Shown here: positions 30,767 through 41,310 of the stretch, in pieces
How the letters are laid out: each line of letters opens with the position of its first letter
Numbering within the stretch: position 1 is the stretch's first letter
Assembly: GCA_963845145.1 (NCBI GenBank)
Contig: CAWJQU010000002.1
Coordinates: forward strand, 448,001-512,000
Source of the DNA: an uncultured delta proteobacterium
GTDB lineage: Bacteria > Desulfobacterota > Desulfobacteria > Desulfobacterales > QNYZ01
Direction of reading: 5' to 3'
Length of the DNA stretch: 64,000 nt
Notes under the pieces: generated by a model
Seen by the model: only the letters and a program-made list of their open reading frames with translations
The model's database searches: none
What the model was told of the DNA's origin: nothing
Program-made: the position numbers and the translations under genes

Positions 30767-31900
30767 GTGTTAATTTTCTTTTCACCGGAGATTGGGAGCA
30801 GCCCAATATTCATTCCGGGAGAGCTAATTTACAAAGAACCCTACATTCAAGCTGAACCGGAGAATCGACCTATCGCCGCTGAAAACAAACATAATGCGCT
30901 GACGGATGTGGGCGGCATCAGGGTGGGACATTACAGTGATGCCCACGCCGCCAGCGGCGTTACTGTGGTTATTTGTGAACAAGGTGCCGTAGCCGGTGTG
31001 GATGTTCGCGGAGCCGCGCCAGGCACGCGGGAGACAGACCTTCTGGCACCGATAAACCTGGTTGAAAAAGTGCAGGCGATTGTACTGTCGGGCGGTTCTG
31101 TTTTTGGCCTGGCCGCAGCCGATGGTGTGGTACGATGGTTGTACGAAAAGGGCATCGGTTTTCCCCTGGACGATACGCAAGTAGCGCCGATAGTTCCAGC
31201 CGCGGTGTTATATGATCTGGGACGAGGGGATCTATTTGTTCCTCCCATTTGCGCCGATTGGGGCAAAAAGGCATGCCAATCGGCCAATTCGGGACCGGTC
31301 GAGTTGGGTTCCGTGGGGGCCGGCACCGGGGCATTGTCGGGCGGCATCAAAGGCGGATTGGGTACCGCTGCGATGGTCACTGATTCCGGGCTCACAGTGG
31401 CGGCGTTGATAGCCGTCAATTCCCTTGGATCGGTCATCGATTCAGAAAATGGCCGGCCATGGGAAGTCCGCTTGGAAATCGATGGGGAGTTTGGCGCCCA
31501 GGGAAAACGGGCGGTTAACCTGCCGCCCCCTCAACCACCGGCAGCGGCCCAAAATACAACCATCGGCGTTGTCGCCACCGACGCCATTCTGACCAAGGCC
31601 CAAGCCCAAAAAATTGCCCAGATGGCTCAGGATGGGCTGGCCCGAGCCATTCGACCCGCCCATACAATGTTTGACGGTGATACCATTTTTTGCCTTGGGA
31701 CGGGCAAAAAACAATTACCTGAAATGCCGGGTTTTTTCACTGCCCCCCACGCACCGATATTGAACGAATTGGGTGAGGCCGCGGCCAATTGTGTATCCCG
31801 GGCCATCATCAGGGGCATTTTAACGGCGAAGAGTCTGAATAATATGGTGGCTTTTAATGAACTTAAAAACCGCATCAATTTAAACACCGAGGTAACCTAA
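30767..31900 (+). CDS. P1/S58 (DmpA-like) peptidase
   Basis: LTDVGGIRVGH, DVRGAAPGTRETDLL, LSGGSVFGL, NTTIGVVATDA, PAHTMFDGDTIF; start uncertain. Confidence 0.9.
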   Translation: MLIFFSPEIGSSPIFIPGELIYKEPYIQAEPENRPIAAENKHNALTDVGGIRVGHYSDAHAASGVTVVICEQGAVAGVDVRGAAPGTRETDLLAPINLVEKVQAIVLSGGSVFGLAAADGVVRWLYEKGIGFPLDDTQVAPIVPAAVLYDLGRGDLFVPPICADWGKKACQSANSGPVELGSVGAGTGALSGGIKGGLGTAAMVTDSGLTVAALIAVNSLGSVIDSENGRPWEVRLEIDGEFGAQGKRAVNLPPPQPPAAAQNTTIGVVATDAILTKAQAQKIAQMAQDGLARAIRPAHTMFDGDTIFCLGTGKKQLPEMPGFFTAPHAPILNELGEAAANCVSRAIIRGILTAKSLNNMVAFNELKNRINLNTEVT

Positions 31901-31915
31901 ATGCAAAAGGAGGAG

Positions 31916-33415
31916 ATGATGAAAAGAGCGGTATTCGTTTTTATAGCCATTATGCTGATGGCCGCACCCATCGCTGTTTGGGCAGACACACCGACCAAAG
32001 GCGGCAACCTGATCGTCTGTCAACCGGCCGAACCACCAGGGCTGGATCCCACCGGTAACACGGCCGCGGCCATTGATCGGGTTGTTTACGCCAATATTTA
32101 TGAGGGATTGGTTAAGGTCAACAGCAAGGGCGAATTTATTCCCGGCTTGGCAACGAGTTGGGATGTCTCCCCCGACGGGAAGGTGGTTACATTTCACCTG
32201 CGCAAAGGCGTTAAATTTCATAATGGTGAATCCTTCAATGCCCAAGTTGCCAAATGGAACCTCGAACGTGCCATGGGGGAGAAAACGGTCAACGCCCATC
32301 CCGAGTATTTTAGAGGGATTACAAAAATTGAAACCCCGGACACCAACACCCTGCTTTTGACATTAACAGACGTGGACGCGCTCTTTATCGCCCATATGGC
32401 GGAAGGCGATGCCGTCATGCTGCCCATGAAGGGATACGAAGAGGCCAAATCTAACCCCATCGGGACCGGCCCATTCAAGTTTGTTAAGTGGGTTCGCGGC
32501 GACCATGTGGAAATGGCACGTTTCGACGGCTATTGGAATGCCGATTTACCCTACTTAGACAAAGCCATTTTCAAATTTATCGGCGATGCCAGCGCCCAAT
32601 TGGCTGCTTTAAAAGCCGGTGATATCGATGTCATATCATCCATCGCCGCTCCGGAATCCGCCCAAACCTTGAGCAAAGATAAACGGTTCAAGGTCACTTT
32701 CGGCACCTCCACGGGCGAAGTCATCATGTCCACCAACAATAAAGCCGAACCGTTCGATAACAAGCTTGTCCGGCAAGCCATGGCCTATGCCATCGACCGC
32801 CAGGCGGTCGTGGATCTGGTAATGTTCGGCTACGGCACGCCCATCGGTTCCCATTGGTCGCCCGCTACGCCCTACTATACCGACCTGACCGGTAAATTCG
32901 CGTATAATCCCGATAAAGCCAAAGAGCTATTAAAGCAAGCCGGTTATCCGGACGGTTTCAGTGCCACCATCAAACTTCCGGCCATTTACTCCTATTCCAA
33001 ACGCGCCGGTGAGGTGATTGCCGATATGCTGGGAAAAGTCGGCATTCAGCTGAAAGTCGAAATTGTCGAATGGGGGCAGTGGATCGAGCGTATTTTTAAA
33101 AAGAAAGAGTTCCAGCTGACCATGATCGGCCATGTGGAAGCATGGGATATCGGCATCTACGCCAAGCCCGACTACTACTTTCAATATGATTCCAAACAAT
33201 TCCAGGATACTTATGCCAAAGCCCTAAAGGCAGCCAGCGAAACAGAAAAGGCCGCACTGTTCGGCCAATGCCAGGAAATCATCGCCGAAGATGCGGTCAA
33301 CGGATACCTTTTTTCCGCACCGGCATTACGCGCCATGAAGGCCGATGTCATGGGCTTCTGGGAAAATGCACCGACAATCGCTCTGGACGTTACCCAGGTT
33401 TGGCGAAAAAAATAG
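31916..33415 (+). CDS. Peptide/nickel ABC transporter substrate-binding protein (family 5)
   Basis: Signal peptide; IYEGLV..GLATSW..LRKGVKFHNG, PIGTGPF, VRQAMAYAIDR. Confidence 0.92.
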   Translation: MMKRAVFVFIAIMLMAAPIAVWADTPTKGGNLIVCQPAEPPGLDPTGNTAAAIDRVVYANIYEGLVKVNSKGEFIPGLATSWDVSPDGKVVTFHLRKGVKFHNGESFNAQVAKWNLERAMGEKTVNAHPEYFRGITKIETPDTNTLLLTLTDVDALFIAHMAEGDAVMLPMKGYEEAKSNPIGTGPFKFVKWVRGDHVEMARFDGYWNADLPYLDKAIFKFIGDASAQLAALKAGDIDVISSIAAPESAQTLSKDKRFKVTFGTSTGEVIMSTNNKAEPFDNKLVRQAMAYAIDRQAVVDLVMFGYGTPIGSHWSPATPYYTDLTGKFAYNPDKAKELLKQAGYPDGFSATIKLPAIYSYSKRAGEVIADMLGKVGIQLKVEIVEWGQWIERIFKKKEFQLTMIGHVEAWDIGIYAKPDYYFQYDSKQFQDTYAKALKAASETEKAALFGQCQEIIAEDAVNGYLFSAPALRAMKADVMGFWENAPTIALDVTQVWRKK

Positions 33416-33448
33416 GCCCTACAATCACAACAAGTTGAAGTTACCCTG

Positions 33449-33477
33449 ATGGCGCCCTGAATACTGTGGGGCGCCAT
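33449..33477 (+). terminator. Stem-loop after the SBP gene
   Basis: ATGGCGCCC / GGGCGCCAT inverted repeat. Confidence 0.5.
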
Positions 33478-33575
33478 TTGTCAAATTCTGTGGCGGCTGG
33501 TCTATTCGCATAACGTTAAGTGGTTTAATAATTGCGTTAGAATTTGGTAAACTCGAGAAAGATGCGAACGCTCCC

Positions 33576-34523
33576 ATGCATCGTTACCTGCTAAAAAACA
33601 TCACCATCCTTATCCTGCTTTTATTCGTGGTTTCCTTGACGGTTTTCGCCGTGCTCTTTATTCTTCCAGGCGACCCTGCTCAAATTATTTTAGGCATTAA
33701 CGCTACCCCGGAAACCCTGGCCAATCTTAGAGCCGAACTCGGTCTCGACAGGCCATTCTGGGTTCAATATGGCCAATGGATTACAGGCCTCTTTACCGGT
33801 CGGGGAAGTCGTTCCATCAACTACGACATGCCCGTCTCCACGCTGATCCTTTCGAGGCTGGCTGTTACCGGGCCGCTGGCCCTGATGGCCATGGTGTTTG
33901 CCGTGGTCATTTCGTTGCCCCTGGGGATTTATGCTGCTCGAAATCAGAATCGGCCGGGGGACCTAGCTGTCATGGCATTTACCCAATTGGGTCTGGCAAC
34001 ACCGGAGTTCTGGCTCGGGATTCTGTTAATTTTGCTTTTTGCCGTCCAATGGGGACTTTTTTCCGCCGGCGGGTTCCCCGGATGGAACATCAGTTTTTGG
34101 GGTTCGATGCAGGCCCTTATTTTACCGGCCTTTGCCCTGGGTGTAATCCGCGCTTCCATACTGACGCGACTCACCCGATCCTCCATGCTGGAAGTGCTTC
34201 GGGAAGATTATATTCGCACAGCACGTGCCAAAGGCTTAAAAGAACGAACCGTGGTGTATGTCCATGGTTTGAAAAACGCATTGGTACCGGTCCTCACCGT
34301 TCTCGGTCTACAACTGGGGCAATTGCTGGCCGGTGCCATTATTATCGAAAACGTTTACTATCTACCGGGGCTGGGTCGCCTGGTGTTCCAGGCTATCGGC
34401 CAACGCGATTTGCCGGTCGTCCGGGAGATCGTCGTATTTATGGCTGCGGCGGTCATTATTGTCAATTTTATCGTCGACCTTACCTATGCTTGGGTCGATC
34501 CTCGGTTTCGGAGAACGGGTTAA
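33576..34523 (+). CDS. Peptide ABC permease (DppB/OppB-like)
   Basis: LPGDPA..LGLDRP, DYIRTARAKGL, PGLGRL..RDLPVV. Confidence 0.93.
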   Translation: MHRYLLKNITILILLLFVVSLTVFAVLFILPGDPAQIILGINATPETLANLRAELGLDRPFWVQYGQWITGLFTGRGSRSINYDMPVSTLILSRLAVTGPLALMAMVFAVVISLPLGIYAARNQNRPGDLAVMAFTQLGLATPEFWLGILLILLFAVQWGLFSAGGFPGWNISFWGSMQALILPAFALGVIRASILTRLTRSSMLEVLREDYIRTARAKGLKERTVVYVHGLKNALVPVLTVLGLQLGQLLAGAIIIENVYYLPGLGRLVFQAIGQRDLPVVREIVVFMAAAVIIVNFIVDLTYAWVDPRFRRTG

Positions 34524-34531
34524 TAAAAAAA

Positions 34532-35356
34532 ATGACCCATTTTTTTTCCAATAAAAATTTTCTCGTCGGATTTATTCTATCACTCGTAGTGATCGCTATG
34601 GCGGTGGTGAGTCTGGTCTGGACGCCTTATGAAGCCAATTCCATGAATGCCCCGCATCGACTCGAGTCTCCATCCTTAATGCATCCCCTGGGAACGGATC
34701 AGTATGGGCGCGATATATTGTCGAGGGTAATGGTGGGAGCGGTCAACTCTATTATCGTGGGCCTGGTTACCGTATCCATCGGCATGGGACTCGGTGTTTT
34801 TCTGGGGCTTGTCGCTGCCTACTATGGACGTGTTACGGATGAAGCCATTATGCGGTTTTCGGATTTATTGTTTGGATTTCCAGCGGTACTCACAGCGATA
34901 TTAATCACCTCTATCTTGGGGCCATCGGTCATTAATGCCATGTTTGCCATCGGTATCTTTTACATACCGATTTTTTCCCGGCTGACCAGAGCTGTTGCCA
35001 CCACCACCTGGAAAAAGGAATATGTGGCTGCAGCCAGGGCCTGCGGTAGAAGTGAAAGCGCTATTGTGTGGCGCCATATCATCCCGAACATTTCATCGCC
35101 TTTGCTTATTCAGGGAACCATCCAGTTTGCCGTGGCCATACTGGCCGAGGCCGGGCTGAGCTATCTGGGGTTGGGCACTCAACCGCCCCATCCTTCCTGG
35201 GGGCGCATGCTCTACGAAGCACAGACCTTTATGGAGTTGGCCCCCTGGATGGCCATCTTTCCCGGGGTGGCCATCGCGTTGGCGGTCCTGGGGTTTAATC
35301 TGCTGGGAGACGGCCTGCGGGACACCCTGGATCCGAAAATGGTGCGCCTGCGTTGA
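34532..35356 (+). CDS. Peptide ABC permease (DppC/OppC-like)
   Basis: HPLGTDQYGRDILSR, EYVAAARACG, EAGLSYLGLG, NLLGDGLRD; real start at ATG 34532. Confidence 0.93.
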   Translation: MTHFFSNKNFLVGFILSLVVIAMAVVSLVWTPYEANSMNAPHRLESPSLMHPLGTDQYGRDILSRVMVGAVNSIIVGLVTVSIGMGLGVFLGLVAAYYGRVTDEAIMRFSDLLFGFPAVLTAILITSILGPSVINAMFAIGIFYIPIFSRLTRAVATTTWKKEYVAAARACGRSESAIVWRHIIPNISSPLLIQGTIQFAVAILAEAGLSYLGLGTQPPHPSWGRMLYEAQTFMELAPWMAIFPGVAIALAVLGFNLLGDGLRDTLDPKMVRLR

Positions 35357-35414
35357 GACCGTAAATCGCTTTAAGAACAAAACCGAATGAACTCTCCAAC
35401 GCGTTGGTCAATAT

Positions 35415-35457
35415 AAAAAAGCAAAGGCCCGAAATGTTGTAGACACTTCGGGCCTTT
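35415..35457 (-). terminator. Intrinsic terminator of the liv operon
   Basis: AAAGGCCCGAA / TTCGGGCCTTT stem with an A-tract on the + strand (U-tract on the - strand). Confidence 0.7.
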
Positions 35458-35489
35458 AGTCACTGAATTCGGTAAAGGGCTAAAACGGG

Positions 35490-36203
35490 TTAGCTTTCAC
35501 CCATATAGGCTTTTCTCACCATCTCATTTTCGTTTAAGTTTTCCGATGTATCCGCCAACAGAATAACGCCTGTCTGAAGTACATAACCTCGGTTGGCAAT
35601 ACCCAGCGCCATCCTGGCATTTTGTTCCACCAGCAAGATGGTGGTTCCGGCATCATTTAACTTCTTGATGGTCTCAAAAATGACATCCACCAGCACCGGC
35701 GCCAGGCCCATGGAGGGCTCGTCCAAAAGTAGAATTTTTGGATCCGTCATCATAGCACGACCCATGGCCAACATTTGCTGTTCACCGCCGCTCAATGTAC
35801 CGGCAACCTGGCGACTTCGCTCTTTTAAGCGGGGGAAGAGGGTGAAAACCCGTTCGATATTTTCTTTGATCAATTTTTTACTACGACAAGTAAAACCGCC
35901 CATGTCGAGATTTTCCGTGACCGTTAATTGACCGAATATCCGCCGCCCTTCAGGGACCTGGACCACACCTTCGGTCACAATTTTATGCGCCGGCATCTCG
36001 GTGATATCTTTACCCTCTAAGCGTACATAGCCCTCTTGGGGTCTTAACAACCCACTGATGGTTTTAAGCGTCGTGCTTTTACCGGCGCCGTTGCCCCCGA
36101 TCAGGGTAACAATTTCCCCCTTATCAACGGTGATGGACACATCCTTTAAGGCTTGAATTTTGCCATAATATGCATGCACATTCTCGACTTCGAGCATTGC
36201 CAT
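35490..36203 (-). CDS. livF: Branched-chain amino acid ABC ATPase
   Basis: GGNGAGKST, VPEGRRIF, LSGGEQQML, LLDEPSMGLAP. Confidence 0.95.
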   Translation of the reverse strand: MAMLEVENVHAYYGKIQALKDVSITVDKGEIVTLIGGNGAGKSTTLKTISGLLRPQEGYVRLEGKDITEMPAHKIVTEGVVQVPEGRRIFGQLTVTENLDMGGFTCRSKKLIKENIERVFTLFPRLKERSRQVAGTLSGGEQQMLAMGRAMMTDPKILLLDEPSMGLAPVLVDVIFETIKKLNDAGTTILLVEQNARMALGIANRGYVLQTGVILLADTSENLNENEMVRKAYMGES

Positions 36204-36247
36204 TCGCGTGTACCTCGTGAAATTTTTAAATCATTGTAAATAAGGGC

Positions 36248-37030
36248 TTATTGGGCTTCCGCCGCGCTTCCCTTTCCCAGGTAAGCTTCAATGACGGTGG
36301 CGTTGGACTTGATCTCGTCAGGGAGCCCTTCGGCAATCTTCTTACCATAATCCAACACGGTGATCATTTCTGAAATACCCATGACCACCCGCATCTGGTG
36401 CTCAATCAATATGATGGTGATGCCCATCTCGTCTCTTAAATGCAGGATAAAGTCACACATTGACTGGGTTTCACTGGGATTCATACCAGCGGTCGGTTCA
36501 TCTAACAGCAAAATTTTGGGGCGGGCGGCCAAAGCCCGGGCTATTTCCAGTCGCCGTTGCTCGCCATAGGGAAAATTTTTAGCCATCAAATCGCCTTTCC
36601 CATTCATGTTGATTAAATCGAGAAGCGCCAAGGCCTCCTCGGAAGCTTTCGCTTCTTCCCGCCGGGTTCGGGGCAAGCCAAAAATGGCACCAAAAAGCCC
36701 CGATTTCAGATGGCTGTGGCCTCCGACCATGATATTTTCCTTGGCGGTCAGGTTGGAAAACAACCTGATATTTTGATATGTTCGCGCAATCCCCATTTTG
36801 ACGATGCGATCCGGAAGCCTCCCTACAAGTGATTGCTCCCCCAACCGCACTGACCCTTCTTCCGGTTTATAAAAACCGGTAACGCAATTGAACAACGTCG
36901 TTTTCCCGGCGCCATTGGGCCCGATAACGCTGTGGATGCTGTTTTCCTCAATACTGATATCCAAAGAGTCCACAGCCACCAGCCCGCCGAAACGCTTTGT
37001 CATTTTGTTGGTTGTAAGAATAGCAGACAT
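36248..37030 (-). CDS. livG: Branched-chain amino acid ABC ATPase
   Basis: GPNGAGKTT, ARTYQNIRLF, YGEQRRLEIARAL, VIEAYLG. Confidence 0.95.
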   Translation of the reverse strand: MSAILTTNKMTKRFGGLVAVDSLDISIEENSIHSVIGPNGAGKTTLFNCVTGFYKPEEGSVRLGEQSLVGRLPDRIVKMGIARTYQNIRLFSNLTAKENIMVGGHSHLKSGLFGAIFGLPRTRREEAKASEEALALLDLINMNGKGDLMAKNFPYGEQRRLEIARALAARPKILLLDEPTAGMNPSETQSMCDFILHLRDEMGITIILIEHQMRVVMGISEMITVLDYGKKIAEGLPDEIKSNATVIEAYLGKGSAAEAQ

Positions 37031-37050
37031 TTCGTTTCCTTTTCGAAGTC

Positions 37051-38739
37051 TTAAGTCACTGCCGATACTTGCGGTTCCTCGGTGGCAGCATCGTCCTCAT
37101 GCAACTCCATCTTGTGCCGAGCTTCCGGCCATAAACCTTCGGGCCGAAGCAGCATCATGGCCACCAGGGCCGCACCGTAAACAAACATGCGGTACTCGGC
37201 AAACTCTCGAAGCAATTCCGGTAACCCCACCAGTGCGGCAGCACCGACGATGACCCCTGGAATGCTACCCATACCGCCGACGATGATGAGGCAGATTATG
37301 TTGATGGAAATGAAAACACTGAAACTGTGGGGATACACCGAACCCAACTTGGCCGAAAAAATCGCACCGCTCAAGGCTGAGAAGCCGGCCCCGCTGGCAA
37401 AGGCCATCAATTTGGTCGCCACCAGGTTGATTCCCATGGCCTGGGCAACGTCCTCGTCTTCACGCATGGCCATCCAGGCTCTTCCCAAGCGCGAATCCTT
37501 CAACCTTATGGAAATAAATATCACCAGTAAACAGCCGGCCAATATGAGATAGTAATAATGTTGTGGCTGGGTAAACGTGAAGCCAAGTACTTCCGGTTTG
37601 CCTATTTTATTGAGTCCCTGGGCACCTCCCAGCCAGGGTCTCAGGGCATCGGAAAGGACGAGAACACGAATAATTTCACCAAAACCCAAAGTGGCGATAG
37701 CTAGATAATCCCCCCTCATTTTCAATACCGGTATACCCAACATAACCCCGAAGCCAATGCCTATTATAATGGCAATCGGCAAGGCCTGCCAGAAACTGAA
37801 ACTGAAAAAGCCGAGTTCAGGCGATGTTAATATAGCGGTCACATAAGAGCCGATGGCAAAAAAGGCCACATAGCCGAGATCCAGCATGCCGGCATACCCA
37901 ACAACGATATTGAGACCAAGTCCCAGCAACACGTACAAACCGACGATCGTCAACACCTCGCTTAAGAACAGCCCGACAACCTGGGGCAATATAAGCAATA
38001 CGAAAGCCAGCACTAAAAAACCGCCGATCTTAATTCCCTTCTGGGTCCCACCGGAAAAATTTTGATAATTATTTTTTACATCGTCGCCTTTAAGGCTCCA
38101 TAAGGTCATTAATATGCCGATGACCACAACAAGTGTGATTGCCCCTGCACTGGTCAGCCCGTTTGCGGCGAATAAAAAATCGCTGAAAGTGGCGAGCGGG
38201 CCCCAAGCCAGCAAAATAGGACGAACGAGATCCTGCAACACCCCCACACCCACCATACTGCATACGGCTGTTATGGTAATCCGCCGAACCGACGCTGGAA
38301 CGGCAAAAAGGATAGCCGCAAAAACACCGCAAAAAAGGCCGATACAAAGAATAATCAATAGACCAAACAGGCTGTCGGGATGCCCCAATGTCAGCGCCCG
38401 GTAGAGCATGGGCGAGGCATTGACGAGAACCGCCCGTAAATTGATCATTTTTCCGATGAGGATCAGAAAGACAAGAAACAGTGAGGTCGTCAGGCTGGCG
38501 ATGATGGCGTTTATACATTGGGTCAATAGGTCCGGTACGGTTGTCCGCTTAGCGGCCAAATATCCCATCATAATGCCCGTTATCAGCAGCAAAGTGTGCC
38601 CCATGGCGATCATCTCGTAAACAATATCGCGTCGGTTGAACGACTCCACCATGCCGACCAATGCGATGATCAGTACGGCCACGCCACCGATGATGCCGGT
38701 TTTAACCCCGTGGTTCCAAAATGAACGTGATTGTGTCAT
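37051..38739 (-). CDS. livM: Branched-chain amino acid ABC permease with N-terminal membrane extension
   Basis: GLNIVVGYAGMLDLGYVAF, GDYLAIATLGFGEI, GRAWMAMREDE; about 230 extra hydrophobic residues at the N-terminus. Confidence 0.9.
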   Translation of the reverse strand: MTQSRSFWNHGVKTGIIGGVAVLIIALVGMVESFNRRDIVYEMIAMGHTLLLITGIMMGYLAAKRTTVPDLLTQCINAIIASLTTSLFLVFLILIGKMINLRAVLVNASPMLYRALTLGHPDSLFGLLIILCIGLFCGVFAAILFAVPASVRRITITAVCSMVGVGVLQDLVRPILLAWGPLATFSDFLFAANGLTSAGAITLVVVIGILMTLWSLKGDDVKNNYQNFSGGTQKGIKIGGFLVLAFVLLILPQVVGLFLSEVLTIVGLYVLLGLGLNIVVGYAGMLDLGYVAFFAIGSYVTAILTSPELGFFSFSFWQALPIAIIIGIGFGVMLGIPVLKMRGDYLAIATLGFGEIIRVLVLSDALRPWLGGAQGLNKIGKPEVLGFTFTQPQHYYYLILAGCLLVIFISIRLKDSRLGRAWMAMREDEDVAQAMGINLVATKLMAFASGAGFSALSGAIFSAKLGSVYPHSFSVFISINIICLIIVGGMGSIPGVIVGAAALVGLPELLREFAEYRMFVYGAALVAMMLLRPEGLWPEARHKMELHEDDAATEEPQVSAVT

Positions 38740-38774
38740 GCCGTGTATTATCCCTTTTTTAATGGCTTCAAGTG

Positions 38775-39836
38775 TTAAGCCTTTTTGCTAGCCAACCGCT
38801 CGCCCATAATACCTGTAGGTCTGAAAATGAGAACCAGCACAAGCATGGTAAACGCAATGGCGTCTTTTAGTTGGTAAGGTGCGGGAATTCCCAAACCATC
38901 CAGAAAAAGACTCGGGCCCACCGATTCGATCAGGCCGAGAAAAATGCCACCCAGCATGGCACCGGGAATGTTTCCGATGCCACCCAGCACGGCGGCGGTA
39001 AACGCTTTAATCCCCGGTATGAAACCCATGAAAAAATGCACTTGCTTGAACATCAAGGCATAGAGAACACCAGCCCCGCCGGCAGCCATGCCCCCGATGA
39101 TAAAGGTCGTGGAGATCATGCCATCCACGTTGATCCCCATCAATGCGGACGCTTCCTTATCCTCGGAAACAGCCCGAATGGCTTTGCCGACCCGAGTCAG
39201 CATAATGAAGCTGTACAGTGCCACCATGAGCAGAACAGCAGCGACAATAACCACTAACTGAAACTTGAGGATGCGGACGCCGAAAATCACCCATTGTCCT
39301 TCCAGGATTCTAATAACCGGATACGCCTGATAACCGGACCCATAAAGACCGCGAAACAGGTATTGTAAAAAGAAGGAAGCGCCAATGGCCGTAATCAGTG
39401 GGATCAGGCGAGGCGCGCCGCGTAGCGGCCGGTAGGCGATCTTTTCCAGGAAATAGGCAATAAAAGTGGAGATAGACATGGCGACAATAAAAATGACCAA
39501 TAACGCCAAAAAAGGGTGTGCATCTAGAAAATCGGTGCGGTACATGGCATCAGCCACAAAATAGGCGGTAAACGGTCCGCTCATAAATACTTCACCGTGG
39601 GCGAAATTGATCATTCTTAAAACACCGTAAACCATGGTGTACCCGGTGGCGATGAGGGCATAAATACTACCCTGGGCCAGACCGAAGATGACAAAATCGA
39701 TCCAATGACGACCGGTGTATTTACCCGCGGCCAGAGTGGCAATGGATCCCCAGAGAATCATGATGAGCAGCGTGCCGCCGATCAGCCACATCACCACATC
39801 CGTGGGTGTTATACTCTCTTTCCAGCGCTGAAACAT
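38775..39836 (-). CDS. livH: Branched-chain amino acid ABC permease
   Basis: GSIYALIATGYTMVYG..INFAHGE, KAFTAAVLGGIG; GGAGG RBS before ATG 39836. Confidence 0.93.
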   Translation of the reverse strand: MFQRWKESITPTDVVMWLIGGTLLIMILWGSIATLAAGKYTGRHWIDFVIFGLAQGSIYALIATGYTMVYGVLRMINFAHGEVFMSGPFTAYFVADAMYRTDFLDAHPFLALLVIFIVAMSISTFIAYFLEKIAYRPLRGAPRLIPLITAIGASFFLQYLFRGLYGSGYQAYPVIRILEGQWVIFGVRILKFQLVVIVAAVLLMVALYSFIMLTRVGKAIRAVSEDKEASALMGINVDGMISTTFIIGGMAAGGAGVLYALMFKQVHFFMGFIPGIKAFTAAVLGGIGNIPGAMLGGIFLGLIESVGPSLFLDGLGIPAPYQLKDAIAFTMLVLVLIFRPTGIMGERLASKKA

Positions 39837-39961
39837 AGTTTCCTCCATCCCCCCAGTGGTATGAATGCTCACGTAAGGGTAGAATTACCATCCAGGGAGA
39901 GGCTAAAGATCTTAGGGTTTATAATAAGAATCGCCAAGGCGACCCATCGTTTCCCTGAGCG

Positions 39962-39995
39962 AAAAACCCGGTCTCTTTCGAGACCGGGTTTTTTT
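39962..39995. terminator. Perfect hairpin after livK (terminator or mRNA stabiliser)
   Basis: AAAAACCCGGTCTC-TTTC-GAGACCGGGTTTTT. Confidence 0.8.
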
Positions 39996-40003
39996 CGGAT
40001 TGA

Positions 40004-41221
40004 TTAATAAGGTTTCCAGAACGGAACGGTCGGCATTACGCCTTTTTTAACATTCTCCATTGTGGTTTCATAAACGGCAATACGCGGATCAGCACAGTCA
40101 CCAAACTCATTACAGGTGATGGTACCGGTAACACCCTTATAATCCTTGGTGGCGAACAGCTCATCTCTTAATTTCATGCGATCGATGGTCAACGAGCCAT
40201 CATCGTGCTCTACGGCGACCTTATCAACGGCTTTCAAGATCATCATAGCGGCATCATAGGCATGGCCATGAAACGGTGCGATAGGTGCCTCACCGTATTT
40301 TTCCTGATGCGCTTTCAGGAATTCCTGGTATTCGGCCGGGAAGGCTGAGAAATCAGGGCTGGAATGATACATGCCCACCGCCGCTTCGCCGGCAGCTTTA
40401 TAAAAATCCGGAGAAAAGATACCATCAGCGCCCATGAGCTTGACATCTTCCAGACCGGCAACTTCTTTGGACTGACGCGTCACGTGCCCACCCTCGGCAA
40501 TAAAGATCGGAAGATAGATAAATTCCGGTTTACCGGTGGAGATGGAGGTCAGAACCGGGCGCATATCCGTATCACCTGCGCCAACAGCCTCTGCGGCCGT
40601 AATGGTTCCACCCAGCTTCTTGAATTTTTCAGCAAAAACCATTGCCAGACTTTCGGCATAGACACTGCCATCATGAATGGTGGCGGCTTTTTTAACTTTA
40701 AGCGTATTGAATGCAAATTCGGCAGCCACGGCACCCTGAACCGAATCATTGTGACAGGTACGCAGGTAGCCATTGAATTCTTCACCGCGATCAGGAGCCG
40801 TTAGAAACGGGGCTGTATTGGACGGTGAAATGTTGGGAATGCCGGCATTCCAAAGGATCGGAACACCCGGTTTGGCGGCACTGGAGCAGTTGGAACCGAT
40901 GGCGCCAACGACGGTGGGATCGGAAGCAATCTTGGATGCTGCCGCTTGACCGCCTTCGGGGTTACACAATTCGTCCTGGCCACTAATTTTAATCGGATGA
41001 CCTTTAATATTACCACCAAACTTATCGGCAGCAATTTCAACACCGCGAGAGGTGTCCGTGCCTAAAGAGGTGTTGGCCCCTGAGATAACAAACCAATAGG
41101 CGATGTGAACCGGCTCGCCTTTTCTAAGCTTAACGACACCTTTGTCCATGGCCAGCGCAGGTAACGCGGTTAGCCCGAAAATGACACCAAAAATAACGAA
41201 AAGAGTTAAAAAACGTTTCAT
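40004..41221 (-). CDS. livK: Branched-chain amino acid ABC substrate-binding protein
   Basis: Signal peptide; IGSNCSS, ISPSNT, RTCHND..QG, HDGSVY, AYDA, GVTG.I; heads the liv operon. Confidence 0.88.
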   Translation of the reverse strand: MKRFLTLFVIFGVIFGLTALPALAMDKGVVKLRKGEPVHIAYWFVISGANTSLGTDTSRGVEIAADKFGGNIKGHPIKISGQDELCNPEGGQAAASKIASDPTVVGAIGSNCSSAAKPGVPILWNAGIPNISPSNTAPFLTAPDRGEEFNGYLRTCHNDSVQGAVAAEFAFNTLKVKKAATIHDGSVYAESLAMVFAEKFKKLGGTITAAEAVGAGDTDMRPVLTSISTGKPEFIYLPIFIAEGGHVTRQSKEVAGLEDVKLMGADGIFSPDFYKAAGEAAVGMYHSSPDFSAFPAEYQEFLKAHQEKYGEAPIAPFHGHAYDAAMMILKAVDKVAVEHDDGSLTIDRMKLRDELFATKDYKGVTGTITCNEFGDCADPRIAVYETTMENVKKGVMPTVPFWKPY

Positions 41222-41310
41222 TTGTGTTCCTCCTTGTTAATGATGAACGAATGCTGCATGAAAAAAGTACGACGACAGGTCTACGCCTATATTAGATGCC
41301 GATCACCTCC

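Noticed and set aside
33776..34531. 5' extension of the 526-aa ORF suggesting a large permease fusion
   Set aside because: It is an alternative frame overlapping dppB; DppC similarity begins only at ATG 34532.
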